A DNA stretch of 64,000 nucleotides from Candidatus Saccharimonadales bacterium (GTDB taxonomy: Bacteria; Patescibacteriota; Saccharimonadia; Saccharimonadales; UBA10212): contig DASTXL010000002.1 of NCBI GenBank assembly GCA_035758565.1, forward strand, positions 19,118-83,117, written 5' to 3'. Below the pieces are notes generated by a model. It saw nothing but the letters and a program-made list of their open reading frames with translations. It searched no databases and was not told where the DNA came from. Positions 25,337-34,161 of the stretch are shown here, piece by piece. The first letter of the stretch is position 1. Every line of letters begins with the position of its first letter. The position numbers and the translations under genes were made by a program.

Positions 25337-27133
25337 TTAGCTATCACCGGTGGCCACCCTATCGACTTCAAGCAGTGTTGTTAGACCGGCCAACGATTTC
25401 AGGTAACCGTCTTGGCGCATAGCGACCATCCCTTGGGCAATGGCGGCTTTTTGAATACTCGAGCTCGGCGCATGCTTTAGGATTAAATCCTGAATAGTTT
25501 CCGAAACTTCGAAGACCTCATATAGGCCGATGCGACCTTTAAAACCCGTTGGGTTCTCGGGTGTTACCTTACCCTTGACCAAAGTATAAGCGTTTTGGCC
25601 AGCCAGTGGCAAGGTTTGATAACCCAGATCAGCAGCCACCCGTGGCATCTCTTCGTGGGTCTTGGGCAGCAGCCCGGCAAGTGTCGCCTGGATAGCTTTG
25701 GTCTCGGCCTGGCTAGAAGGGTAAGTTTCGCCTCCGGGCACAGCGCGGCGCACCAGGCGTTGGCCAATCACTGTGTGCACGGTACTGGCGATCAAAAAGG
25801 GTTCAACGCCCATGTCTAGTAGGCGCGGCAAAATACCGGCCGCACTATTGGTGTGCAAGGTTGAGAAAACTAAGTGTCCGGTTAGGGCCGCCTGCACGGC
25901 CAAGCTGGCTGTTTCTTTGTCGCGGATTTCGCCTACCATGATTACGTCGGGGTCTTGGCGCAAAATCGAGCGCAGACCGTTAGCAAAGGTCAGACCTACG
26001 TCGGGATTAATTTGAATTTGGTTGACCCCGTCAATTTTATATTCCACCGGATCTTCGAGGGTAACAATATTGATAGAGTCGCGCTTGATTTCTTGGATCA
26101 TAGCGTACATGCTGGTGCTCTTACCGGAACCAGTCGGGCCAGATGTCAGGATCATGCCGTGCGGCAGCTGCAGACCTTTGCGAATAGTTTTAAGCGCCCG
26201 GCCGGTATAACCCATGGCCTCAAGCTCAACCTTGGTGCCGTCTTTATCTAGCAAACGCAAGACTACTTGCTCGCCCCAAATAACCGGACTGACGGCCACG
26301 CGCAGGTCAACAGCTTTGCCGGCGATCTTAACTGTAAACTGGCCGTCTTGCGGGATGCGGTGTTCATCAATCTTTAAGTTGGCTAAAATTTTTATACGGC
26401 TGATTAAGGGCGCTTCAGCGCTTTTTGGCAGCTTCATAACTTCTAGCAAAACACCGTCTACCCGACAGCGAACCTTGATTTCGTTTTCTAACGGCTCGAT
26501 GTGCACGTCGCTAGCGCGGTTCTTGCCGGCGTAATCTAAAATGGCGCTCAAAGCCTTACTAACCGGTGAATCCTGAACAATTGTTTGAACCTTTTTCTCG
26601 GCCGTACCAACCGGCACCATATCGGCGTTTTCGGTAGGCTGTGGCGCTAATTCTGCCGACAGCATCGAGTTAACACCCTGCTCTAAGCTTTTACTAGAAT
26701 ACTGACCTAGTACATGCTTGACGCCGGCCTCGCTTGCGGCATAAACCTTAAGTGGCCGACCAATTTTATTACTCAGAAAATCGACTGCTTGAACGTTGCC
26801 CGCGTCAAGCATGGCGACAACTAGGCGGGTTTGCATTTCACCTAAAGGAACCGCCATGTAATGTTCGGCAATGTCGTGCGGCAAGAGTCCTAAAACGTCT
26901 GGGTTAACTTGGACGGTGGTGAGATTTACATAGGGCAAATTGTTGGCATCAGCCAAGGCTTTGGTGAGCTGCTCATCATTAATACGGCCTTCCTGCATCA
27001 ATAGAGCAAAGATAGGTTGCCCGCTTGCTTTGGCCTTGTTTTTGTATTCATCTAGTTCAACAGCCGTTAAAAGGCCGTCACTTACTAAGGATTTTTCGAC
27101 ATTTTTCTCTGTATCGGGTGATAGTATCGTCAT
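25337..27133 (-). CDS. pilB: type IV pilus assembly ATPase PilB (GspE family)
   Basis: N-terminal GSPII-type domain, Walker A GPTGSGKSTS, His box STLHTNSAAG. 598 aa. Confidence 0.9.
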   Translation of the reverse strand: MTILSPDTEKNVEKSLVSDGLLTAVELDEYKNKAKASGQPIFALLMQEGRINDEQLTKALADANNLPYVNLTTVQVNPDVLGLLPHDIAEHYMAVPLGEMQTRLVVAMLDAGNVQAVDFLSNKIGRPLKVYAASEAGVKHVLGQYSSKSLEQGVNSMLSAELAPQPTENADMVPVGTAEKKVQTIVQDSPVSKALSAILDYAGKNRASDVHIEPLENEIKVRCRVDGVLLEVMKLPKSAEAPLISRIKILANLKIDEHRIPQDGQFTVKIAGKAVDLRVAVSPVIWGEQVVLRLLDKDGTKVELEAMGYTGRALKTIRKGLQLPHGMILTSGPTGSGKSTSMYAMIQEIKRDSINIVTLEDPVEYKIDGVNQIQINPDVGLTFANGLRSILRQDPDVIMVGEIRDKETASLAVQAALTGHLVFSTLHTNSAAGILPRLLDMGVEPFLIASTVHTVIGQRLVRRAVPGGETYPSSQAETKAIQATLAGLLPKTHEEMPRVAADLGYQTLPLAGQNAYTLVKGKVTPENPTGFKGRIGLYEVFEVSETIQDLILKHAPSSSIQKAAIAQGMVAMRQDGYLKSLAGLTTLLEVDRVATGDS

Positions 27134-27139
27134 ATCTAC

Positions 27140-27403
27140 CTACTGCGATGAGCTAAACGGCGAACTGTTAGAATTGCCTAACTGAATAGCCTGAGTTGGG
27201 TCAAGCGCGTTACTGTTGAGAAAGTTTTTATAGGCCGAGTCGTTTTTAACGTCGGGGAAAGAGGTCGGCAGTGCCGGCACAGAATTAATAGTTATACTGC
27301 CCCGCTTAGGACCGTGAACAAACATGCCGGCCAAAACCAAACCGACAAAAAACGCAATTACGCCGGCCAGTACGAACAATGAGTCCTTTTCGTTGGTTTT
27401 CAT
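27140..27403 (-). CDS. small single-pass membrane protein in the pil operon
   Basis: 87 aa with one TM helix. 4-nt overlap with the upstream gene. Function unknown. Confidence 0.55.
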   Translation of the reverse strand: MKTNEKDSLFVLAGVIAFFVGLVLAGMFVHGPKRGSITINSVPALPTSFPDVKNDSAYKNFLNSNALDPTQAIQLGNSNSSPFSSSQ

Positions 27404-28086
27404 TTGATTGCCTCCGGAGTTATGCCTAGAGTTTTAGCTGGTTGGAAATAAGTAGTCACATTGGCGTTAAGCGATAAGTTATTCTCTGTTCCGGCCAGCT
27501 GCAGACTGGTGACATCAAAGGGCCTGATTGAGCGCTCCAGATCTTTTAGCACGTTTTGAATTGAAGCGTAATTACCGCTGCCTGTTATGCCAAGACTGAT
27601 AGCTACTGGCTGCGGATTGGCTAGTGGATCGTTTTTGATTGTGCTGGTTTGGTCAGTGCCGGTAATGTTCGGCGAGCCTATGCCATCGTCGGTCAAAATC
27701 TTGGTAATGCTGGCAAGCGTAGCTGGATAGTCGTACATAGTCGGCAAGGCATCAATAGCAATGCGAGCGTTATCAATATTTGGCGGGATTGCTTGGGCGC
27801 TGGAGTCGTTTTTGCCGCCGAGCACATTCTGCGGATCAGTATTTTCGAACAGGCTGCTGTATTGAGTACTTAAAAGTGCCGCCCGCGTAAGGTTTGCATC
27901 GAGCTGTTTGCTAGCCTTATTACCAGCCGAGATGGCTCGCTGCTGGTACAAGGCTTTAGAAAGTAGGGTTTTAGAGCCCAGCAGACAAAAAACAGCCACC
28001 AGCACAGCCACGGTAAAACTAGCCAGGTTCTGGACTTCTTTGTTACTCAGCGTAATAGTGCTTTTTTTGCTTAGCTGAATTTTCAT
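27400..28086 (-). CDS. pilO: PilO-like bitopic pilus alignment protein
   Basis: Positioned after pilN, with an N-terminal TM, a coiled segment and a C-terminal alpha/beta region. The assignment rests on position and architecture only. Confidence 0.55.
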   Translation of the reverse strand: MKIQLSKKSTITLSNKEVQNLASFTVAVLVAVFCLLGSKTLLSKALYQQRAISAGNKASKQLDANLTRAALLSTQYSSLFENTDPQNVLGGKNDSSAQAIPPNIDNARIAIDALPTMYDYPATLASITKILTDDGIGSPNITGTDQTSTIKNDPLANPQPVAISLGITGSGNYASIQNVLKDLERSIRPFDVTSLQLAGTENNLSLNANVTTYFQPAKTLGITPEAIK

Positions 28087-28776
28087 TTAGCGGCCTCCCC
28101 CAAATAAACTACCCGGATCGTTGCCGCCGCGCGTGGTGGTCGAGTTGGGCACGATTAGCTGCGGCGCAATGGCTTTGCCGTTAGCATCGGTTAGATCGTT
28201 AGCAAACAGAGTCGGATCAAAATTGGCAGTTATTGAATAGGTAACGCCTACTTGGCTAATGGCAAAATTAGTCTCAACTACAGATGAAAAAGCTGCTTTG
28301 GCGTCCGAGGTGCCAACCTTGTACTGGGTATATTTAAGCGTATCGACAAGAGCGTTAACCGTAGTGGCCGAATCGGCCGAGCCGTCAATTTTCAACAAGT
28401 TAGTCTTAGTATCAAGCGACAGATTGTTAACACTGGCCGTTGGTGGAGTTATTTTGGACAGATAGCCAAAAATACGTGAGGTGTCGTGCTGGGACGAATG
28501 CAGACTGGAGGCGGCGGCCAGCTGATTCTGGACGGTTATAATCGTGCTGATGTTGCTAACCTTTTCGAGCTTAGAAGACTTAGAATCCACTGCGCTCTTC
28601 GAGCTGCTAATCTGAGCTTTTTGTACACCCTCGGTGTAAGCCAGAAGTAGAACGAACAGAGCGGCGCAAGCTAGAGCTGCCATTATCGCTTTACGGACAA
28701 TTTGAGCCTCGCGGGCCTCATTGCTCATGGCCTGATATTTGGATGGCGGCAGTAAATTAAACTGAACGTTTGCCAT
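28087..28776 (-). CDS. pilN: PilN-like pilus assembly protein
   Basis: N-terminal FNLLP motif followed by a TM helix, directly after pilM (1-nt overlap). Confidence 0.7.
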   Translation of the reverse strand: MANVQFNLLPPSKYQAMSNEAREAQIVRKAIMAALACAALFVLLLAYTEGVQKAQISSSKSAVDSKSSKLEKVSNISTIITVQNQLAAASSLHSSQHDTSRIFGYLSKITPPTASVNNLSLDTKTNLLKIDGSADSATTVNALVDTLKYTQYKVGTSDAKAAFSSVVETNFAISQVGVTYSITANFDPTLFANDLTDANGKAIAPQLIVPNSTTTRGGNDPGSLFGGGR

Positions 28777-29816
28777 TATGCCCTCTCCGCTAGGCCGGCG
28801 GCCACGCTAAAATGATTCGATACAGCCAACAGGTCATTTTGCAAATTAGCTGGATAGGTGATGTTGCGCCAGCTGTTGCCAATCTCGACATTTAAACTAA
28901 ACTTATTGGCTACATAAAGCGGAAATAGAGGCAAGGTGCTGGCCCCGCCCGTAACAATAATTTTAGACACGCTAACACCGGTGTAACGCGTCTGAAAGAA
29001 TTGGATTGATTTTTGGATTTCGCCTATTAAAACATCAACTGTGCCGATAATAGCGTTATAGACTCGCCCTTCTAAATTATCTTTGTTAAGGCCAAACTTG
29101 AAGACATAGTCCTGAGCTTGGGCGTCGGCAATACCCATGTTCTGGGCGGCCGCTCTTACTAAGGTTTGGGTGCCAATTTGGATAGTCCGCACCAATCTAG
29201 GCCCGCCGTTGGTGGTAATAATCAAATCGGTTGATAAGTTGCCGATATCGAGCACCATTTGTGGTTGAGGTTCTCCAGCCGGCACTAGCGCCCGGACCAA
29301 CGCCAGGCTATCCGGCTCCAGGGCTATTACGTTTAAACCAGCGTCTTCGATGGCTTTGAGGCGGCTTTCGGCCAACGAATTCTCAACACTTGATAACAAA
29401 ACTTCAACCTTCTTAGAATTGGCGGGCGAATCGCCCAATACCGTCCAATCGATTTTGGATTTGGCCAAAGGCGTTGGTATGAAAGATTCTGCCTGATAGG
29501 TGATGGTTTTCGCCAGTTCGTCTGGAGCTAGCTTATCCAGGTCAATCACCGAAGTGAAAACCTTGTTGGAAGGTAGATTGGCGGCCACGTCTTTAGTAGA
29601 CAAGCCGACTTGCTTGACCAGCGCAGCAATTGCCTGTGTCAGGGCTTGAAAATCAGCCGGCGTAGCCGGGTTGCCGGCATTGGCGCTCAAAGGCGCTTGG
29701 CCGTACTTAACCAGTTCTTTTTTGTCTTTGGCGGACTTGAGTTGGACGACTCTTAAGGCCGTAGTACCGATGTCAAGCCCGAAGAAGTCCGGTTGCCCAC
29801 CGCTAAATATGCTCAT
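28776..29816 (-). CDS. pilM: actin-like ATPase PilM
   Basis: FGLDIGTTALRVVQL phosphate-1 motif and VLDIGNLSTDL / IIVTGGAS motifs of the PilM/FtsA-like fold. Confidence 0.85.
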   Translation of the reverse strand: MSIFSGGQPDFFGLDIGTTALRVVQLKSAKDKKELVKYGQAPLSANAGNPATPADFQALTQAIAALVKQVGLSTKDVAANLPSNKVFTSVIDLDKLAPDELAKTITYQAESFIPTPLAKSKIDWTVLGDSPANSKKVEVLLSSVENSLAESRLKAIEDAGLNVIALEPDSLALVRALVPAGEPQPQMVLDIGNLSTDLIITTNGGPRLVRTIQIGTQTLVRAAAQNMGIADAQAQDYVFKFGLNKDNLEGRVYNAIIGTVDVLIGEIQKSIQFFQTRYTGVSVSKIIVTGGASTLPLFPLYVANKFSLNVEIGNSWRNITYPANLQNDLLAVSNHFSVAAGLAERA

Positions 29817-30062
29817 AACTTACTAAATTATAGCATAAGGGGTATCTCATCTAAACAAGTTGCGAGTCCGATCCGACTCCAAAATCCTTCTTATTTGAGT
29901 TTAGTGCAAAGAAAGGATCGGATGACGCTAGAGGATCTTGAAAGACTTCTATTGGCTGAGTGCGGTGCTAGGCGGCGGCGAGCACTGGAGCGCACTGTAT
30001 TTCAATACAGTGAGTGAGTAGTGGAGCGTCTGACGCCGCAGTACGCCACAAGTAAACGTCGG

Positions 30063-31193
30063 CTAAAAGATTGGCGGGAGACTGGTAACACTTTCTACCT
30101 TGTAGGTATTGGTTGTCGACGGATTAAAGAACGGCCCGCCCATTATCATGGCTGGGGAGTAATTTATAACCTCGCCGATGTTGCCGCTGCCCAAAGCTCC
30201 ACCAAGGTTGTCTTCTCCTGTCGAGGCACCGGTCACGTCGCCATTTATACGGGTCAAAATAACCTGTTTGGCGATGAAGGCGCCGTTAACGGTTAGCTTG
30301 TTGGAGCAAGCCGTCAAAAAGGCTGGGTACGAATACAACACTTGATCGCTAGTTGCGCCGTGGCATGTCCAAATATTGCCGTCATCGGAGGCAAAGTTGC
30401 TGGTAGCCGGCTGGGAGATATAAACCCCGTCCAGCTCACTAACCGAAGGATCAATATAAATACTGCCTTTGGCAATCAGTGCAAACTTGGGAACATTATC
30501 AACTTTGTCGAGCGTGTATGTAATGTTGTGAGTAATGTATACCGGACCGTTCACGAATACCGTTACTTGAACCCCGGCTGCTATATTTACCGCACCGCCA
30601 TCGTCCAAATGGTAAGGCGAACCGGTGGCACTGTAGCTACCAGTGGTCGGAGCCCCTGGTAGGCCGCCAGCACCAAGCGCTGTTGGGCTCTTTGGAATTT
30701 TCAGATCGTAATAATCTGGAATACAGCTAGATTGAGGCACGTTGCCTTCAAACCCACCACCCCAACTCGAACCGGAAGCCGTGTTAGCAAAAGTTGTGTA
30801 GCTGTGGCTAACCGAGCCGGCTTGCGCACCGCCGCTATAAAAACCAATGCTGGAGCCGGCATTGCCCTGCACCGGACCCAGAGCAATAGCTCCGTATTGG
30901 CTGGAGGCACCGCCGGCAGCCTTGCCGCCATTATCTTTAGCAAAAGCAAACACGCCGCCGTCGTTGGGATTGCTGGCTGTGGCGTACTGATAATTTGCGT
31001 TGCAGCTGTTGCCTTTTGTTGAGGTATTAAACGCTCCGCCAATAAATACATCGCTGCCAAAGGATTTGAAATAAGATTTTGTGACCGTATCGGCCGAAGC
31101 CGTGGCGCCAAACGACATAGTTGCGACCAGCAACAAACTAGCGAGGCCCGAGAGCAAAAGTCTATTTAATCCCACTATTTGGCGCTTGCTCAT
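30063..31193 (-). CDS. secreted Gly/Ser/Ala-rich hypothetical protein (first gene upstream of pilM)
   Basis: Signal peptide (LLLVATMSFGATASA). No recognisable family. Same strand as the pil operon. Confidence 0.65.
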   Translation of the reverse strand: MSKRQIVGLNRLLLSGLASLLLVATMSFGATASADTVTKSYFKSFGSDVFIGGAFNTSTKGNSCNANYQYATASNPNDGGVFAFAKDNGGKAAGGASSQYGAIALGPVQGNAGSSIGFYSGGAQAGSVSHSYTTFANTASGSSWGGGFEGNVPQSSCIPDYYDLKIPKSPTALGAGGLPGAPTTGSYSATGSPYHLDDGGAVNIAAGVQVTVFVNGPVYITHNITYTLDKVDNVPKFALIAKGSIYIDPSVSELDGVYISQPATSNFASDDGNIWTCHGATSDQVLYSYPAFLTACSNKLTVNGAFIAKQVILTRINGDVTGASTGEDNLGGALGSGNIGEVINYSPAMIMGGPFFNPSTTNTYKVESVTSLPPIF

Positions 31194-31278
31194 AATATAC
31201 GTAAGCAGTATACCTCTAGGCCACTTCCGCTAGCAAATAATCCTTGTTGGCAAGTAATTCTTATGCTTAGAATTAGCT

Positions 31279-31884
31279 ATGCCCCGGCGAAAAAAATTAT
31301 CCGCTTCTGAAAAAGCTTTGAACTACTTAAAAGCTCACCGGCGGCTTAGTTTGACGCTGGTAATCGCTATTTTGATACTCTGTTATTTCCCGCTTCACGC
31401 CTACCGAATCTACGCCGATGAGCACAAGTTCTCTCAAAGCCGATCAGCAATTGATGATGCCTATTCTAAAATTTCTTCGAGCATCGGCGAGGCCGACGAT
31501 ATAAAACGCCAAAGCAGTTGCTTCAAAGATTCGGGCCTACTTAGAGACCATGTTACCTGCGCTGTAGAAACCGATTTTATTTACAGCAGCGCCAATCAGA
31601 ATCAAGCCAATACTCTAATGGGCAAAATCCAGCAAGCCATAGCTGCCAGCCACCACTTTAAACCTAGCCATAAACTATCAAAGGCTTTAAGCAACGACCT
31701 TGTCTACGATACGTATTATCATGATGCCGAGGACACCTACCGCGGCCCGCATGGCATCGATTGCAGCGTAAAGTATTCGTTCGATACTCTCGATGAGGTT
31801 GATCTAACTTGGCGCGATCAATCACTCAAACCCTTTGAGATTTTCTTTAGCTGCTCTGGCGGCTCAGCCAAGACCGTTTACTAG
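31279..31884 (+). CDS. single-pass membrane hypothetical protein
   Basis: 201-aa ORF with an N-terminal TM anchor (LSLTLVIAILILCYFPL). No family recognised. Confidence 0.55.
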   Translation: MPRRKKLSASEKALNYLKAHRRLSLTLVIAILILCYFPLHAYRIYADEHKFSQSRSAIDDAYSKISSSIGEADDIKRQSSCFKDSGLLRDHVTCAVETDFIYSSANQNQANTLMGKIQQAIAASHHFKPSHKLSKALSNDLVYDTYYHDAEDTYRGPHGIDCSVKYSFDTLDEVDLTWRDQSLKPFEIFFSCSGGSAKTVY

Positions 31885-31988
31885 CCTTTTAGCAAAATTA
31901 TCAGCTCAAGCAGAATAACTACACAGACTATAACAACCGCTAGTTCTAGTAGCGTAAATCCATCTTGCGGGAGGGTCGGTTTCCTCAT
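31881..31988 (-). CDS. 35-aa micro-ORF consisting only of a prepilin-type signal and hydrophobic helix
   Basis: Own translation: MRKPTLPQDG|FTLLELAVVIVCVVILLELIILLKG (G-1, F+1, E+5). Below the track cutoff. It may be a relic rather than a gene. Confidence 0.35.
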   Translation of the reverse strand: MRKPTLPQDGFTLLELAVVIVCVVILLELIILLKG

Positions 31989-32086
31989 TTTCTCTGCCTT
32001 CTTATCTCAATAATAGCATTACCGATATGGCCTAATAACCATTAAGATTTTGTTATACTTATGCATAAGAGGATTATTGGCTAGAA

Positions 32087-32947
32087 ATGGTAACAAAAAG
32101 CCTGGGTGGAATTATGCTTGCAAGCGAACGTACTTGGCTTAGGTCAAAGAAGTTTTGGCTGGCCATTTTAACGCTGTCGGCACTAGCTATCCCAGCCAGT
32201 GCCATGGCTATCACTACCATTTCGCAGGGCTTTACTACTACCGACAAGGTCGCTGTTGGCTCGATTGTCAGCATTAAGAACAACACTACCGATGAAGTCA
32301 AAGCCGCCAACACCGATAATGCTAGCGGCATTTATGGTGTGGTTATCAACCAAGACAACGCTCTGCTGGCTCTATCGAGCGAACAAGGCAGTCAAATCCA
32401 GGTGGCTACTAGCGGTGTGGTCCAGGTTTTAGTGTCAGACATTAATGGCAGTCTTAACACTGGTGATGAAGTAACTGCTTCGCCCATCAACGGTGTTGGC
32501 ATGAAGGCTACCAGCAACTCCAAGGTTATCGGTATCGCTCAAGGGCCGTTGAACAGCTCCAACGCCAGCCCAGAAACATATACCGATAAATCCGGCAAAC
32601 ACAGCGTCCACGTCGGTTCGATACCGGTGTTGATTAATGTGTCTTATTACTATAAGCAGCCAGACAAAACTTTGATCCCGTCAGCGCTTCAAAACGTTGC
32701 CAATGCCTTTGCCGGCAAAAACGTTAGCGCCCTGCCGATCTTGATCAGTATGGGTATTTTTATTATCACTGTTGTTGTAGTTGCCAGCATCGTTTATTCG
32801 ATGATTAAGAGCAGCATAATTTCGGTTGGCCGCAACCCCATGAGCCAGTCCGCCATTTACCGGGATCTGATTCAGATGTCGGCACTGGTGGTTGGCATTT
32901 TGGCTGTGGCCGTAGCGGCAATTTATATGGTGTTATCTAAGTTTTGA
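32087..32947 (+). CDS. fusion of a secreted ~215-aa domain with an ATP-synthase subunit c-like helical hairpin lacking the carboxylate
   Basis: Signal peptide, then a beta-rich domain. The last 71 aa are LPILISMGIFIITVVVVASIVYSMIKSSIISVGRNPMSQSAIYRDLIQMSALVVGILAVAVAAIYMVLSKF: two TM helices joined by an R-N-P loop, sitting in the atpE position directly before b-delta-alpha-gamma-beta-epsilon. Confidence 0.7.
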   Translation: MVTKSLGGIMLASERTWLRSKKFWLAILTLSALAIPASAMAITTISQGFTTTDKVAVGSIVSIKNNTTDEVKAANTDNASGIYGVVINQDNALLALSSEQGSQIQVATSGVVQVLVSDINGSLNTGDEVTASPINGVGMKATSNSKVIGIAQGPLNSSNASPETYTDKSGKHSVHVGSIPVLINVSYYYKQPDKTLIPSALQNVANAFAGKNVSALPILISMGIFIITVVVVASIVYSMIKSSIISVGRNPMSQSAIYRDLIQMSALVVGILAVAVAAIYMVLSKF

Positions 32948-33570
32948 TTATGAGTAGTCACGTAATGTTAGAAGCTTTTTTGGTGTTCGACATATTTTTG
33001 GCTGGCGCGGTGGCTGCCGAAGCCTTGCGTCATGCCCTGGCTCACTATCGGCCGCATAAGCATGATGCCGAACACGATTTGCCCCCAGGCGCCCACCTAA
33101 CTCCAGCCATGCGCGAAAAGTTGCTTGAAGACGCCCAAGCCAACTTCGAGACTGTGATGCATTCGGCCGCCCGTGATTTGCAGAAAGACTTAGCCGCAAC
33201 TGCCGAAGACATCAAGCAAGAAATCGCCAAACTTGGCGAGCAAGCCAAGAATGAAGAGTTGGAACACTACAAAGCCACAGTGGCTGAACTGCAAGCCCAA
33301 ACCAAGAACGACATTGCCGGGACCGACAAAGAACTAGCTGCCCAGAAAGCTGAAATGAAGACCAAGTTAGCTGAAGAAATGGCCGCCGAAAAGAAACAAT
33401 TGGTTGATCAAATGAATACTAAACTCGCTGATGCTATCGCTTCCTTCTTGACCGAAACCCTAGGCGCTGAAGTCGATCTTGGCGCCCAAAGCGCCTACCT
33501 AACAAAGATGCTTGACCAGCATAAAGATGAACTAGCCCAGGAGTTTGCCAGTGAGCAAAACGAACAATAA
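32944..33570 (+). CDS. atpF: ATP synthase subunit b-like (one TM + long coiled coil)
   Basis: N-terminal TM helix followed by an Ala/Glu/Lys/Gln-rich helix of about 150 aa. Assigned from operon position. 4-nt overlap with the upstream gene. Confidence 0.6.
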   Translation: MIMSSHVMLEAFLVFDIFLAGAVAAEALRHALAHYRPHKHDAEHDLPPGAHLTPAMREKLLEDAQANFETVMHSAARDLQKDLAATAEDIKQEIAKLGEQAKNEELEHYKATVAELQAQTKNDIAGTDKELAAQKAEMKTKLAEEMAAEKKQLVDQMNTKLADAIASFLTETLGAEVDLGAQSAYLTKMLDQHKDELAQEFASEQNEQ

Positions 33571-34051
33571 ATTAGTTCTAGACGAAGCCATTAGTTCGGT
33601 TCAAGATCTTCGGGCCGCCATTATGGAATTGCGAGAATACGCCCGCTGGTTTGCCCATGACTCTATCAAAAAGCAGGTCAAGGCTAAGGGCGGCAAAAAG
33701 CCGGCTCCGACTCTCTCGACACCGGCAGACACAATTCTTCGCCAGTGGACGGGCGGCAAACCAACCGTTACCAGCCTAGACGAGTTAATCTCTACGTTAG
33801 AAAGCTATACCAACACCGCGCCGCAAATCAGCATCACGCTAGCTGCCCCGCCGCCGGCCAGCCTTAAAAAAACACTGGTTGCGTGGTGCCGCAAAAATCT
33901 TAGCCATAATGTGCTGGTGAACTTCCAGTTCAATTCTACGATTTTGGGAGGTATGGTTTTGCGTTCCGGCAGCCACGTTTACGACTGGTCGTTTAGAAAA
34001 CAAATCTTAGCCGGCCGCAATAAATTCCCGGAGATCCTCCGCAATGCCTAA
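33545..34051 (+). CDS. atpH: ATP synthase subunit delta (OSCP)-like
   Basis: The C-terminal part (ISITLAAPP...VNFQFNSTILGGMVLRSGSHVYDWSFRKQI) matches the OSCP C-terminal pattern (..liGG..v..g....D.S....l). Non-ATG start. Confidence 0.55.
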   Translation: MPVSKTNNKLVLDEAISSVQDLRAAIMELREYARWFAHDSIKKQVKAKGGKKPAPTLSTPADTILRQWTGGKPTVTSLDELISTLESYTNTAPQISITLAAPPPASLKKTLVAWCRKNLSHNVLVNFQFNSTILGGMVLRSGSHVYDWSFRKQILAGRNKFPEILRNA

Positions 34052-34062
34052 GCTGTTAGCTA

Positions 34063-34150
34063 AGGGAAAAGAGCAGCCCGAGCAAAAATCACACTTTTTG
34101 CCCGGCGCGATGAGGAAAACCGTAGGTTGTCCTCATAAGGCGAAACGCCA
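34063..34150 (+). repeat. two-hairpin intergenic element, copy A (atpH-atpA spacer)
   Basis: GGGAAAAGAGCAGCCCGAGCAAAAATCACACTTTTTGCCCGGCGCGATGAGGAAAACCGTAGGTTGTCCTCAT. Hairpin 1 is at 34078..34105 and hairpin 2 at 34110..34136. Homologous to 62350..62430 with compensatory changes. Confidence 0.75.
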
Positions 34151-34161
34151 GTGGAGCCGCC

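Noticed and set aside
29793-30296. ORFs 29793..30017 (+) and 30021..30296 (+)
   Set aside because: The first lies in the spacer between pilM and the upstream gene and is dominated by hairpins. The second is antisense to the 376-aa secreted protein gene.
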